Shown in pieces: positions 36,414 through 49,184 of a stretch of 64,000 nucleotides of DNA; within the stretch, counting starts at the first letter, position 1; every line of letters starts with the position of its first letter. The translations under genes were made by a program, and so were the position numbers. The DNA is from Scenedesmus sp. PABB004 (lineage: Eukaryota): contig CM026547.1 in assembly GCA_014905635.1 (NCBI GenBank), positions 2,170,001 through 2,234,000 on the forward strand, given 5' to 3'. The notes under the pieces were generated by a model. The model did no database searches. It had not been told where the DNA came from and worked only from the letters and a program-made list of their open reading frames with translations.

Positions 36414-39255
36414 GCGCCCGCCGGCGCGCCGCACCTGGCCAAAGCCGCCCTCGCCGAGCTTGCGCTCCAGCCGCACCTCGCGCGCAAAGTCGATGCTGAG
36501 CCAACCCGGCTGCTCGAGCAGCTGGCGCTGGTCGGACAGGTGCCACGCGGCCGGGCCGGCGCTGTCGTTGCTCGCCGCGCTGCTGCCGTCGTCGTAGGCC
36601 GACGCGGCCGGGCTCACGCGCCGGCTCACCGGCGGCGCGCCGCCGCCGGGCGGCCAGGCGGGCGCGAGGCCCGCCGCCTGCAGGCCGCCGGGCGCGGCCA
36701 GCTGCGCGCCGACCAGCGGCGCTGACTCGCGGATGAGCCCCAGCGGGCGGTGGTGGTGCGGGAGCGGCAGGCCGCCGCCGCTGCCCGCCCGCGCGAGCGC
36801 GCCGGCGGCGCGCGCGCCCGGCGGGCCGGGCAGCGCGCCGCTGCTGCCCGGGGACGCCGTGCTGCTCTTGGGCGGCCGTGCGCTGCTGCTGGCGCCCAGC
36901 AGCCGGCGTAGCGAGCCCCAGGTGGACCCCAGCGAGCTGCCCGCGCCCGCCACGGCCGGGGTTGCGGCCAGCAGTGGCGCGCCGCTGCTGGCGGCGCTGT
37001 CGTGGCTGCTGACGCCGCTGACCGCGCGGGCCAGCGCGTCGCCAGGCGCGCTCCCGACGCGCCCGCCGCCCTCGCCGGGCGGCGCGGCCGCCTCGTCCGC
37101 GCCCGCCGCCACCGAGCCGGCGCTCGGCGCGCCCAGCGAGCCCGCCCGGCCGAGCCGCGCTGCGCCGGAGCCGCTCCGCAGCAGCGGCGCCGGCGCCGGC
37201 AGGGCGCGCACGTCGAGCGCCACCTGCCCGGCCGGGCGCTGCTGGTGCAGCAGGGACTGCGGGCTGCTGGCGCTGCGCCGCAGCTGGTGGCGCGGCGGCA
37301 GCGCCGGCAGCTGCGCCGCCCCCGCCGCACCCTGCCAGCTGCCTGCACGGAACAAGGGCCCGGCGGCGGCGCCCGCGGCTGCGGCCGCCAGGAACGAGGC
37401 GGGCGCTGTGCTGTGCGACGCGACAGGCGCCGGCGGCCACGCGGCCGAGCCGGTGCGGGACGCGGCGCTCGCCAGGCTGCCGGCGCTCGCCGTGGAAGCG
37501 GCGCCACCTGCGGGCGGCGGGGCGGCGGTGGGGTGTGTGTGTGGGGGGGGGGGAGCAGGTGGTGGCTGCGGCTGAGCGCACGCGGCGCGGCGCCGCCCCA
37601 CCTGGCTGCGAGCCGTGGCTGTCGGTGCTCGCGCCGGAGCTGGCGCGCACCAGCGCCGCCGTGGTGAGGTGGATCGGTGGTGGCTCCTTGTGCAGGTGCA
37701 GGAGCAGCTGGCGCGACCGCGCGCGCCGGGCGCGCCGCCGCCGCACGTGAACCAGCCCCGCCAGGCTCGCCACCACCGCCGCGCCCAGCACCAGCGCCGG
37801 CACCAGGCCCGCGGCCAGCTGCGCGCCGGCGCCGTCGCGGCCCGGCTGCTCGGCGGACGCGCCCGCAGCGCCGCCGGGGTCGGCGGGGCCGGCCTGCGCC
37901 GCGACGACTGCGGCAGGAGCCACGGCCGCGGTCGCGTTGGGCGGCGGCGGGCCCTGCCAAGGAGCAGAGGGGGGGGGGCAGGGTGAGAGCTGCGCGCCAG
38001 ACCGGCGGCGGGCTGGCCAGCGCGGGGCGCTCGCTCACCTGCGGGAGACGGGGCCTGCGCCCGGGCGCGGCGGGGGTGCCTGCGTCCTCGCCGCGCCCGC
38101 CGAAGGCGCCGACCACGGTGCCGTTGTCCTCCTCCGGCGGCGCCTGCGCGGGCGCCGGCGCGCCGCCTGCGGGGAGCACCTGCAGCCCGCAGCAAAACCG
38201 AGACGCGCACGCCAGCCAGGCCCCCTCCTCTCCGCCCGCGCGCGCGGCCGGGCCGCCGCTCGCGTTGCGCGGCGGCGCCGGGCCCAGCCGGCCGTCCGCG
38301 CCGAGCGGCCAGCGCGCGGCCGCGCAGTCCTGGTGCGGCGTGCGCGCGCCCGGCGGCAGCGGCAGCCGCGTGCACTGCAGGCCGTTGAGGTACACGGCGC
38401 CCATGGCGGGGCTGGCAAACGGCCCGGCACCGCCGCTGTCGCCGCCGGCGCCGCCGGTGCCGCCACCGCCGGCGCCGCCGCGCGGCGCCGCGGTCGTCGC
38501 GTTGCCGTCGACGCGCAGCGCCACGGTGAAGCTGGCAGTGCCGCCCCGGGCCATGATGGTGGGGCTCTGCGGGCCGTTGACCGCGCGCGCTGCGCCGCCT
38601 GCGCGCGGGGCGGGCGCGGCGGGGCGTGGGTGGCGCGCGCGCGCGCGCGGACGGGCGGGGCCCGCGGGCGGCGGGCGCCGGCCGCACCAGGCGCCGCGCT
38701 GGCGATGAGCACGGCTCCGTCAGCGCCGCGCGGCGCGAGGTCGGCGCCGGGCTGCCAAACCAGCTGCCAGCTGTACAGGTTGCTGGGCAGGTTGTTGATC
38801 ACGGCCACGCGCGCGCACGCCGCGGCGCCGCCGGGCGCGCCGGCCGCGAGCTGGCCGACCTCCAGCGTGCACGCCACGCCCGGCGGCGGCGGCGGCGGCG
38901 GCGGCGCGCGCCGGGGCGCCGCGCCCGCGCTGGCGTTGAGCGCCGGTGCCGCGCCGGCGCCGCGCGGGGCCGGCACCTGCACCAAGCGCTCCAGCGCACC
39001 CAGCAGCGTCGCGGGGCAGGCCGGCGGCGCCGGCAGCACCGCCGGCGCCGGCGTGGGGGCGCGCGCCGGCGGCGCGGCGCTGCTGCTCCCGTTGCCGCCG
39101 CCTCGGGTCGCGTTGGCCGTTGCCGGAGGCGGCGCCGTGGCGTTGGCCGCCGCTGTGCCGTTGCCGCGTCCGCCGGGCGGCCTGGGCGCCGCGCGCGCGC
39201 TGCCGATCAGCAGCAGCGCTGTGAGCGCCGCCGCCAGCGCCGCGACTCTAGACAT
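34824..39255 (-). CDS. Single-pass receptor-like kinase (TKL/MLK-type domain) with CBM2/COBRA-like ectodomain, multi-exon
   Basis: Signal peptide MSRVAALAAALTALLLIGSARA; TM LVPALVLGAAVVASLAGLV followed by RRRR; kinase motifs LGEGGFGQV, IAVKL, HPCIVAFFG, HRDLKPQN, DFG, GTPAYMSPEQ, DVFS and CWAQAPEARPAF. TGA at 34826-34824. Confidence 0.85.
36318..36410. repeat. (CCCGCG)n microsatellite in a kinase intron
   Basis: Directly visible hexamer array. Confidence 0.85.
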
Positions 39256-39626
39256 CACAGGCGCGCCGGCGTGGGCCGGACGCGCGCTCGCCCGGCCGCC
39301 CCAGGCTGGCGGCTCGGCGCTGGAGCAGCGCCTGCTCGAGCGGCGCGGCCACCAGCCGCGACGCAGGGCGTGGAGGCGCGACGCGGGCGACGTGCGTGCG
39401 TCTGCCCAGGGAAGCGCCTGGCGGAGGCGGGGCGGGCGCGGGCGCGACCCTGGGGCGCGTCGAGACGCCCGAGCCCGCGCCACCCGCCCGCCCAGGTCGC
39501 GCGTGCTCGCCCCGTCTCCCGCGCGCCGCGGTGGACGGCGCACTTTGAAGACGACGTTGAATCCCCAGGCGCCCGGCGTGGCCGACGCCGACGCCGCGCG
39601 CCGCTGCTGCTGCCGCTGCCGGCGTG

Positions 39627-41206
39627 CGCCCGCCAGCGCGAGCTGACCGCCGGCCCAGCCGCCGCTGGGCACGCTCTCGACGCTGCCCACCCGGCAGAGA
39701 CCAAAGTCGGTGTCGGCGCTGCCGCCGCTGCCCGCGCCGGCGCTGCCCGAGGCGTCGGCCCGCAGCGCCAAGCGCGCCCGCGGCGACGCCGCCGCGCCGG
39801 CGGCCGGGCACGGCGGCCGCGCGAGCCACGCCAGCGGCCTGCCCAGGCGCAGGGCTCAGCCGGTCAGGAGCATCGGCAGCACCACGCTGCGCGTGCCCAG
39901 CAGCTTGCCGCCGAGGTCTGGCACCTCGTCGCAGTCTACCAGCGGGCCAACGGCGCCGTCGGCGGCCACGGTCGCCGGGTAGGTCAGCAGGTGCCCGCGC
40001 GGCAACGGCAGTACGTCCGGGCCAGCAAACACGCGCCAGTTGGCGTCCCCGATCGCGCGCAGCGAGCACATGCACTCCAGGCTGCTGGGGTCGTCGTGCT
40101 CCAGGTCCAGCGCCTGCGCGCGCCGGCGGCACCGCGGGGGCGTCGGCGGCGTCGGCAGGGGCGGCGCCCGCGGGTCGCGCGCGCCCGCGGGTCACGCACC
40201 CCAGCGCGCCCCAGCCTCACCCCGATGTGCTCGCGCCACAGCGCGCGCCGGAAGCCCGCGACCTGCCCCCGCGGCAGCGCGCCGCCCGTGCTCGCGAGCG
40301 TGTGGCCCGCCTGGAAGGCGCCGATGCTGATCTCGCTGTCGCGCGCGCCGTCGAGGGAGCGCTGGTTGATGTTAGCGCTGCCCACCACCACGTATTCGTC
40401 GTCAACAATCATCAGCTTGCTGCGACGACGCGGCGGCGGCAGCACGCGGCGGCGGCGGCGGCGGCAAGGGTGGCGGCAGGGGTGGGCGGACGCGGCGGCA
40501 GGGCAGGGGTGGGGCGGCTCGCCGGTCACGCGGCGCGGCGCGCGCCCTGCCCTGTGGATGGACGCGTCCACGACCTTGCCCTTGCCCACGCTCAGCCCCG
40601 CCTCGTACGCGCCCTCGCGGCTGCGCGGGAAGCCCTCGGCCGAGTCTGCGCGGCCGGCGCGGCAGCGCAGCGGCGTGCATAAGCGGCGGCGCGGCGGCAG
40701 CCGTGGCCGCGCGCGCGGTCGCGCGGCGCGGGTCGGGTCACCAGAGTCGATGCTCCGGAGCACCTGCACGCTCCACTCCTCGCCGGGCGGCAGGCCCGGC
40801 ACGGCGAGCGCGGGCTGGTGCGGGGCCTTGATGGCACCTTGAGGTTGATGTGCCCGCGGTCCATGATCACGCTGCGCACCATGGCGGCCTTGGACTGCAG
40901 CGGGGGGAGGGCAGGGCCCGACGCGGCGGCCGCGATGGGCGCCCGCTGCTCGCGGCGGGCCGGCGGCGGCCTGCCCTCCCCGCTCACGCGGCCGCCGCGC
41001 CCACGCCGCACCGTGAAGACCTCAAACCCTGGCGGGAGCGCCACGTCGCCGTGGTCGCCGATGTGGCGCATCTTGGCGCGGTGGCGGTGCGGGACCAGCG
41101 CTCCAGGAAGTTGAGGGCCACGTCACACGCCGCCGGGCCTTCCAGGCGCGCGTGAATGTCGTGCCGCGGCTCGTGCGTGCACGCGCGCGTGGCGTCGAGT
41201 GCTGCG
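39627..41206 (-). pseudogene. Inverted, internally deleted duplicate of the 3' half of PLD plus part of the next gene (source ~46260-49590)
   Basis: Reverse complement matches [51 protein letters not shown] and the PLD C-terminus, then 49362-49590. It has deletions and frameshifts and retains introns. Confidence 0.9.
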
Positions 41207-41488
41207 ACGCGCGTGCGGGTCGGCGGCGACGCCTCCAGCGCATGGCGCGGCGGCGCACGGCACAGGGAGGGCGCAGCGGCGCGGCCGGCTGCCGCCAGGC
41301 TGCGCACGCGTTCGGCGGCGGCGGCGGTGCTGGGGTGCTGGACAACAAAGCAGTGGCAGCAGCCCCGGGGGCGCAGAAAAGAGCCGCCAAAAGCGCGAAG
41401 GCGAGCAGGCGGCGTTGTTCTTCGAACGTGCGCGCAGCGGCGCCCGCTCAGCTCTCCACAGGGCGTCCTTCTTCTCGCGTGAGCTGTC

Positions 41489-42562
41489 ATGGTGGCTGAC
41501 GGCGCAGCGGCAGGCGCCCCCGGCGGCAGTGGCGGCGGGAGCAGCGAGGATGGCGCCAGCGCCGGCGCCGGCGCCCCGCTTGACTGCGCCGCCCTGGACG
41601 CCTTCATCGCTGATCGGCTGATACCGGGCGTCGCCGAGGCGCGCCGGCTGCAGGCCGTGGAGGACGACGACGCGGCGCCGTACGCGAGCAAGTACGCCGC
41701 CGCCGACCTGCTGGCGGGCCTGGAGGCCGAGGCCGCCCGCCTGGGCGCGGCCACGGGGCGGGCGGAGGACGCCGCCGCGGCGGTGGCGGTCTGCCAGCTG
41801 GCGCGGGGGCTGGCGCAGGTGGAGACGGACCTCGTGGCGGAGGGCCAGGCGGCGCTGGAGGCCGCGCTGGACGCGGCCTGGCCCGACTTGCGCGGCGCCT
41901 GCGCCGCGCGCCAGGCCGCTCACAACGCGCTGGGCGCGCTCTGGTGCGGGCGCGAGGACTTTGAGGCCGCGCTGCGCCACCTGAGCGCGGCAGAGGCGCT
42001 CTACGCGCGCGCCGCCGCGCTCGCGGCGGCCGACGCCGCTGGCGCGCAGCAACAGCGCGAGCACGAGCGGGGGCGGGAGCGGGGCCAGGAGGAGCAGCAG
42101 CCGGAGCAGGGCCAGGAGGAGCAGCGGCCGGGCGACCCGTGCGAGCGGGCGCCGGCCGGCTGGCAGGCGGCGCTGGCCGAGCTGGGCGAGCTGGAGGCGG
42201 GGCACACGACGACGCTCTACTTCCTGGCCCAGGTGCACGGCCATGCGGGCGACAAGGCACGCAGCGCCGCCTACTGCGCCGCCACGCTCAACCGCCAGCT
42301 CCAGCTCGGCGGCTTCAGCGCGGACGAGTGGGTCCAAAACTGCCTTCAGCTGTCGGGCTACTTTTTGGACGGCAACGCCTTTGCGCTGTCAGAGTACTGC
42401 TGCGCGGCGGTGGAGGCCATGCTGCTGCAGCGGCATGCACAGCAGCAGGGCGAGCAGCAGCAGCCAGGGGCCGAGCAGCAGCAGCCAGGGGCCGAGCAGC
42501 CGTCAGGCGAGCAGGCGGGAGAGCTGCAGCAGCCGGACGCGCGCGGCAAGGACCAGACGGAC

Positions 42563-42612
<50 letters not shown>

Positions 42613-44009
42613 GCCTGGCCCGAGTGCCAAGGGCGCCGCCGCCAAGGCGGGCAGCCCGCCGCTGCTGGCGGCAGCGGCGGCGGCGGGGGCGGCCAAGGAC
42701 CAGGGCGACGAGCACGCGCGGCGCAGCGCGGCGCTGGCGCCCGCGCTGGCGGCGCTGGACGAGGACGTCGCGGCCAACGTGCGCCTCGCGCTCGGCAAGC
42801 ACTGCCTGTACCGCCTCGTGGCGTCGCACGAGCGCCACGTGGAGGGCAAGCGCCTTGCGTACAGCTACCCGCGCCCCGCCGACGTGCCGGCTGTGCTGCG
42901 CTTCGACGCGCTGCCCGGCCTGCCGCCGCTGGAGCGCCTGCGCTGGGGCGACGCCGCGCTCGCGGCCGACGCGGGCGCGGCGCGCGCGCTGTTCCGCGGC
43001 GCGCTGCTGTGGCTGCGGCAGGCGCTGGAGTACTACCGACTGGACGGCTGGGTCACGGAGCACTGCGGCATACTGTTTGAGATGAGCAACCTCTACCGGT
43101 GAGCCCCCCGCCTGCCGTGCGGCGCACCGCGCCCGCCCGCCCGGCGGCGGCGCGCCGCGCTGACGCGCCGCCGGCCCGCCCCCGCGCCGCCGGCCCGCCC
43201 CCGCGCCCCCACCCCACCCGCCGCAGCTGCCTGGCGGGCTTTGAGCGCGACCCGCACCGGCGCTGCGTGCTGCACCGCCACCGCGCTAAGCTGCTCGCGC
43301 CGCTGGAGGGCGAGCTGTCGCCGACGCACTACCCCGGGCTGTCGCGCAGCATCAGCCTCGAGCTGGGCAACGTGTTCAGGGAGATCTGTGACATCAAGGC
43401 CGCCGCGGGGCGGGAGCAGGACAAGGCGCGCGCGCGCACGCGTGCGCGCAGGCCGCGTGCACCGCGGCGGGCGGCGCCGCGGGCGCCGCGCGCGCCGCGG
43501 GCGCCGACGCCGCGCGCCGCGCCGCCGCAGGTCGCGGCCGCGGCGGGCGCCGCCGCGGCGCACTACACACGCTTCCTCGCGAGCTTTGCGGGCCCCGACG
43601 GCGTGCAGCCGGGCGCGGTGGGGCCCGAGATGGAGGGCCACTACCTCAGCGCCGCGTTCTGCCTCGGCCGCGCGCTGCAGGCCGCCGCGCCCGCGCTCAA
43701 GGACCGCGGGTGCGCCCGCGGCGGCGCGGCGGGCGCGCCGGCGGCGCGCGCGCGCGCACGCGCTCCAGGGCCGACCCGGCGCGTGCGCCCGCCGCGCGCC
43801 CACGCGTGCGGCGCAGGGAGCAGGCGGCGTCGCTGGAGCTCGCGGCGGACTGGCTCGCGCGGCTCGTGGCTTACGTGGCGGCCAACGGCGTGGAGGGCTG
43901 GCGCCAGGAGGCGGCGCTGGCGGACGAGATGGCGGGGCTGCTGCGGGAGAAGGCCGCGCTGACGCGCCGCGTTGGCGCCGCCGCCGCGGCGGCGGCGCAG
44001 CGCGCGTGA
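41489..44009 (+). CDS. KIFBP: KIF-binding protein (KBP) homolog, multi-exon
   Basis: PYASKYAAADLL, HNALGALW, HTTTLYFLAQVHGH..ARSAAYCAATLNRQL, EWVQNCLQLSGYF, ALEYYRLDGWVTEH, RRCVLHRHRAKLL...LSPTHY and EMAGLLREK follow the KBP pattern. Confidence 0.82.
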
Positions 44010-44409
44010 ACCCCGGCACTTGGCGGGAACCCCGGCGCGTGGCGCAACCGCCTTCCCCAGCATCTTTTCGGCAGGGGCATCCACCCGCAGCTGGCCGCCA
44101 GCCCGCCGGCGCTGCGCGCGGGACGCCCGTCGCCGCAGCAGCGTCGTCGCCGCCCCGCCGGCAGCGGCAGCTGGCGAAGCGCCTGCCGCGTCGCGCTTGC
44201 GTGCTCGCAAACTCATCGCGCCGTTCGTTTAGACCGTCGTTGGGTCGTCACGCGGGCAGCGGGCCGGCGGCGCGCGCCGCTGCTGCGGCGGCGCTGCCGC
44301 GGTCCCAGGGGCGTTCGCCAGCCCGATGCAACGCAGGCTGATCGCCTGATCCAGCGGTCGCTCGCCCGCTCGGTGGCGCGGGCTGCTGCTCTGCCAGCAG
44401 CGGGACACG

Positions 44410-47014
44410 ATGGTGCTGCTCCACGGCGTGCTGGACGTCACGATCCGTGAGGCCCGCCACCTGCCGACGTCGCTCGCCAACGCCGCGGGCGGCTGCCTCA
44501 AGTCGGCGCTGTGCTGCGCGGGCGGCCCCATGCTGGTGGGCAGCGTGGACCCGTACGTCGTGCTCAGCGTCGGCGGCACGCGGCGCCTGCGCTCCTCGGT
44601 CGTGCAGGGCAGCGTCGCTCCGGTGTGGGGCGAGCGCGCCGAGGTGTTCGTCGCCGACGAGGCGGAGGAGCTGACCCTGGAGGTCAAGGTGGGCAGCGGC
44701 GGGCCAGCGGTCCACGCGCCGCCTGCCGCCAGGTCGCGCCAGCGCCACCGCCGCGCCCGCCGCAGGATGCGGACCTGGTGGGCGCGGAGAGCCTCGGCCA
44801 GGCGGCCCTGCCGGTCGCCGCGCTCTTGGGCGGGCAGGCCGTGGACCGCTGGCTGCCGCTCAGCGACGCCGCCGGCCGGCCCGTGGGCGCGGCGGACGAC
44901 GCCAGCAAGGCGTTCCAGCAGGCGACGCTGCACGTGACGCTGCGCTTCACCCCGGTCGCACAGCTCGAGGTGCGGCGCGCGCGCGCGCAGCCGCCTCGTG
45001 CAGGCGGCAACGCCTGCCCCCAACGCCTGCCCTGCACCCGCCTCTGCGCTCGCTCGCCCGACCCGCCGCCGCACTCACCGCCCGCCAGGCGGCCGGCGCG
45101 GGCGAGGTGCCGCACACATACTTCCCGCTGCGCGGCGGCAACCGCGTGACGCTATACCACGACGCCGTGTGCACGCCGGGGCCGGTGCCGGGCGTGGAGG
45201 CGAGCGGCGGGCTGTACAGCGAGTCGAGCTGCTGGGACGACCTCTACGCCGCCATACGCGACGCGCAGCGGTGCGCAGCGCTCCTACAGGGCCGCGCTCG
45301 GCGCTCGCGCCGCCGCTCCGCCCCGCCCCGCCGCCGCCCGAGCCCCGCCCGCCCGCCCGGCCACCGCCGCCGTCGCCGCCGCCGGCGCTGCCGGCGCGTG
45401 CGGCCAGGTTCATCTGGATCACCGGCTGGAGCGTGTGGACCTCCACGCGGCTGCAGCGCGCGCCCGACCGCGGCGCCGACTCGCCGACGCTCGGCGAGCT
45501 GCTGATCGCCAAGGCGGCGGCGGGCGTGAACGTGCTGCTGCTGGTGCGGGGCAGGGTCCGCCGCCGCAGCACGTGCCGCGCGGCGGCGGCGGCCTGCCCC
45601 AACCCTTGGCTGCGCGGCGCCGCGCGCCAGGTCTGGGACGACACGAGCAACAACCTCGGCCTGCACAGCGGCGTGATGGCGACACACGACCAGGAGACGC
45701 ACGCATACTTCAAGGACACCGCCGTGACCTGCGTGCTTGTCCCCCGCCAGGGCTCGCTTGAGGCGACCGTGCTGCAGGCGCGGCCACGCGCGCGGCGCGC
45801 TTCCAGCCGGGCGCGCGCGTGCTGGGGGGCACGGGCCGCCGCCGGGCAACTGCTGCGTCGGCGCGCACGCCGCGCCCAGCGCCTCGCCGCGGGCCGCCGC
45901 CGCGTGGCCGCCGCCGCCGCTGCCGCCGCCGCGCGCGCAGAAGTTCAGCGCCGGCAACCTCTTCACGCACCACCAGAAGACGGTCGTGCTCGACGCCCCG
46001 CACCCGCCGGAGCACCCCGCGGCGCCGGGCGGCGCGCCGCGCCGCGCGGCGCCGCGCCGCATCGTCGCGTTTGTCGGTGGCCTCGACCTCTGCGACGGCC
46101 GCTACGACTCCCCCGCGCACCCGCTCTTCTCGACGTGCGGCCCCGGCGGCGCGCACAGCGAGGATTTTCACCAGGCCTGCGTGTCGCGTGAGCGGCGCCC
46201 GCACGCGCCGCGGGCCAGGCGCGCGCGCGCCGCGGGCGCGCGCCCACCCGCGCGCGCGCCGCAGCGCTCGACGCCACGCGCGCGTGCCCGCGCGAGCCGT
46301 GGCACGACATCCACGCGCGCCTGGAGGGCCCGGCGGCGTGTGACGTGGCCCTCAACTTCCTGGAGCGCTGGTCGAAGCAGGTCCCACACCGCCACCGCGC
46401 CAAGATGCGCCACATCGGCGACCACGGCGACGTGGCGCTCCCGCCAGGGTTTGAGGTCTTCACGGTGCGGCGTGGGCGCGGCGGCCGCGTGGGCGGGGAG
46501 GACAGGCCGCCGCCAGCAGCCCGCCGCCAGCGGGGGGCGCTCACCGCGCGGCCGCCGCGTCGGGCGGTGTGCCCTCCCCCGCTGCAGTCCAAGGCTGCCA
46601 TGGTGCGCAGCGTGATCATGGACCGCGGGCACATCAACCTCAAGGTCAGTGCCATCAAGGCCCCGCACCAGCCCGCGCTCGCCGTGCCGGGCCTGCCGCC
46701 CGGCGAGGAGTGGAGCGTGCAGGTGCTCCGGAGCATCGATTCTGGTGCGCCGACCCGCGCCGCGCCGCGCCGCAGGGCGCGAGCGCGCGCGCGACCGCGG
46801 CCGCCGCCGCCGACGCGCGCCGCCGCGCTGCCCCGCGCGCAGACTCGGCGGAGGGCTTCCCGCGCAGCCGCGAGGGCGCGTACGAGGCGGGGCTGAGCGT
46901 GGGCAAGGGCAAGGTCGTGGACGCGTCCATCCACCGCGCCCTCGTGCGCCTCGTGCGCGGCGCGGCCCGCTTCCTCTACATAGAGAACCAGTACTTCCTC
47001 GGCAGCAGGCGCGC

Positions 47015-47049
<35 letters not shown>

Positions 47050-47226
47050 CTTGCCCACGCCGCGCGCCGCGCCGCGCTGCGCAGGGCAGGGCGCGCGCCG
47101 CGCCGCGCCGAGGCGCCCGCGTGCCGCGTCCGCGCCGCGCAGCCACCTGTGGGCCAGCGACCACGACGCCGCGACGCACCTCGTGCCCGCCGAGATCGCG
47201 CTCAAGATCTGCGCCAAGATCAAGGC

Positions 47227-47257
<31 letters not shown>

Positions 47258-47584
47258 ACGCACGGCGCGCGGCTCGCCTCGGCGCGCAGCCCGCGCGCAG
47301 CCCGCAAGCGCCCGGCCCCGACGCCGCACTCGGCGCTTGGCGCGCCCCCTGCGGGGCGGGACGCTCCCAGGCGGGCGAGCCGTTCCGGGCTTACGTGGTG
47401 CAGCCGATGTACCCGGAGGGCGTGCCCACGAGCGCCAGCGTGCAGGCCATCCTGCACTTTCAAGCGGCCACGCGCGAGATGATGTACCGGTGCGCCCCCA
47501 CCGGAGGGGGCGGCCAGCCAGGGGCCCGCGGCCCGCGGCGTGGCGCACGGGCACGGTGTGGGGGTCCCTGGGCTGCCACGCGCC

Positions 47585-47620
<36 letters not shown>

Positions 47621-48739
47621 GGCTTATCGCGGACGCCCTCCGCGAGGTGGGGCTGCAGGGCGCCGCGCACCCGACCGATTACCTCCAGTTCTTCTGCCTC
47701 GGCACGCGCGACCCCATCGGCACCGACCCCAGCGCGGTGCGCCGCCCGCCGCCTGCGGCGGCGGGGCGGCACAGCCGCGCGCCCGCACACACACGCCCGC
47801 GCCGAGCGGCCCGCCGCGCCGCCGCCGCGCCGCCGCCGCGCCGCCGCAGTGCCCCGCGCCGGCCGGCGCCGAGCCGTGCTCGGCCGTGCCGCCGGGCGCC
47901 GCGCAGCTGCCGCCGCCCGAGCCGGGCAGCGCCCAGGCTCGCGCCGCCGCGGCGCGGCGGTTCATGATCTATGTGCACAGGTGTGACCCGGGCGCGCCAG
48001 CGCCCGCCCCACAGGGGGCCCCGGCCAGGCGCGCCGCCAGCTGCCGCGGACGCAGCGCGGCCGGGGCCGGGCGCGCGCCGCCGCCCATCCCCTGCCCTGC
48101 CGCCGCGTCCGCCCACCCCTGCCGCCACCCTTGCCGCCGCCGCCGCCGCGTGCTGCCGCCGCCGCGTCATCGCAGCAAGCTGATGATCGTTGACGACGAG
48201 TACGTGGTGGTGGGCAGCGCCAACATCAACCAGCGCTCCCTCGACGGCGCGCGCGACAGCGAGATCAGCGTCGGCGCCTTCCAGGCGGGCCACACGCTCG
48301 CGAGCACAGGCGGCGCGCTGCCGCGGGGGCAGGTCGCGGGCTTCCGGCGCGCGCTGTGGCGCGAGCACATCGGGGTGAGGCTGGGGCGCGCTGGGGTGCG
48401 TGACCCGCGGGCGCGCGCGACCCGCGGGCGCCGCCCCTGCCGACGGCGCCGACGCCCCCGCGGTGCCGCCGGCGCGCGCAGGCGCTGGGCCCGGAGCACG
48501 ACGACCCCAGCAGCCTGGAGTGCATGCGCTCGCTGCGCGCGATCGGGGACGCCAACTGGCGCGTGTTTGCTGGCCCGGACGTGCAGCCGCTGCCGCGCGG
48601 GCACCTGCTAACCTACCCGGCGACCGTGGCCGCCGACGGCGCCGTCGGCCCGCTGGTAGATTGCGACGAGGTGCCAGACCTTGGCGGCAAGCTGCTGGGC
48701 ACGCGCAGCGTGGTGCTGCCGACGCTCCTGACCGGCTGA
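44410..48739 (+). CDS. C2-domain phospholipase D (plant PLD alpha/beta/delta-like), multi-exon
   Basis: [17 protein letters not shown]...DPYV (C2 domain), [35 protein letters not shown] (HKD1), [29 protein letters not shown] (HKD2), [12 protein letters not shown] at 48737-48739. Confidence 0.95.
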
Positions 48740-49184
48740 GCGCGGCGCGGCGGCCCGGCAACCGCCTCGCCCGCTGCCCGGCGCCGCTCGTCCACCCACG
48801 TCCCACACGTGTGTGTGGCAGCAGCAGGGCCGCCGGCTCAGCCCGATCCAAGCTCGCCGCCCAGCGAGGCCGAGGGCCGGGCGCGCGCCGCTGCACCTCA
48901 CCGGCGGAGGCGGTGCCGCCGAAGCGGCGGCGCGAGCGGCCGCGCCAGTGAGCGCGCGGCGCTATTCCGCGCATGTTCGGGCAGGCGGCGGGCGCGCGCG
49001 CGCTGCCGACGGCCCGCGAGGCGCCATCCGTTGCGCCCGCGCGCGCATCCGTGGGCGCAGAAAAACCCCTCGCCGTCGCGCTGCGGGCTCACGGCGGGTC
49101 CCCAGCGGTGCGGAGGCTCCTCTCCGGCGCCGCGCGCGAGCTGGGGCCCGCCCAGCAGCGCCCTGCGCCGCCCGCCAGGCCGCG

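Noticed and set aside
39627..41206. PLD retrocopy or second functional PLD
   Set aside because: It retains introns, lacks the C2 domain and HKD1, has lost the His of HKD2 and carries frameshifting deletions.
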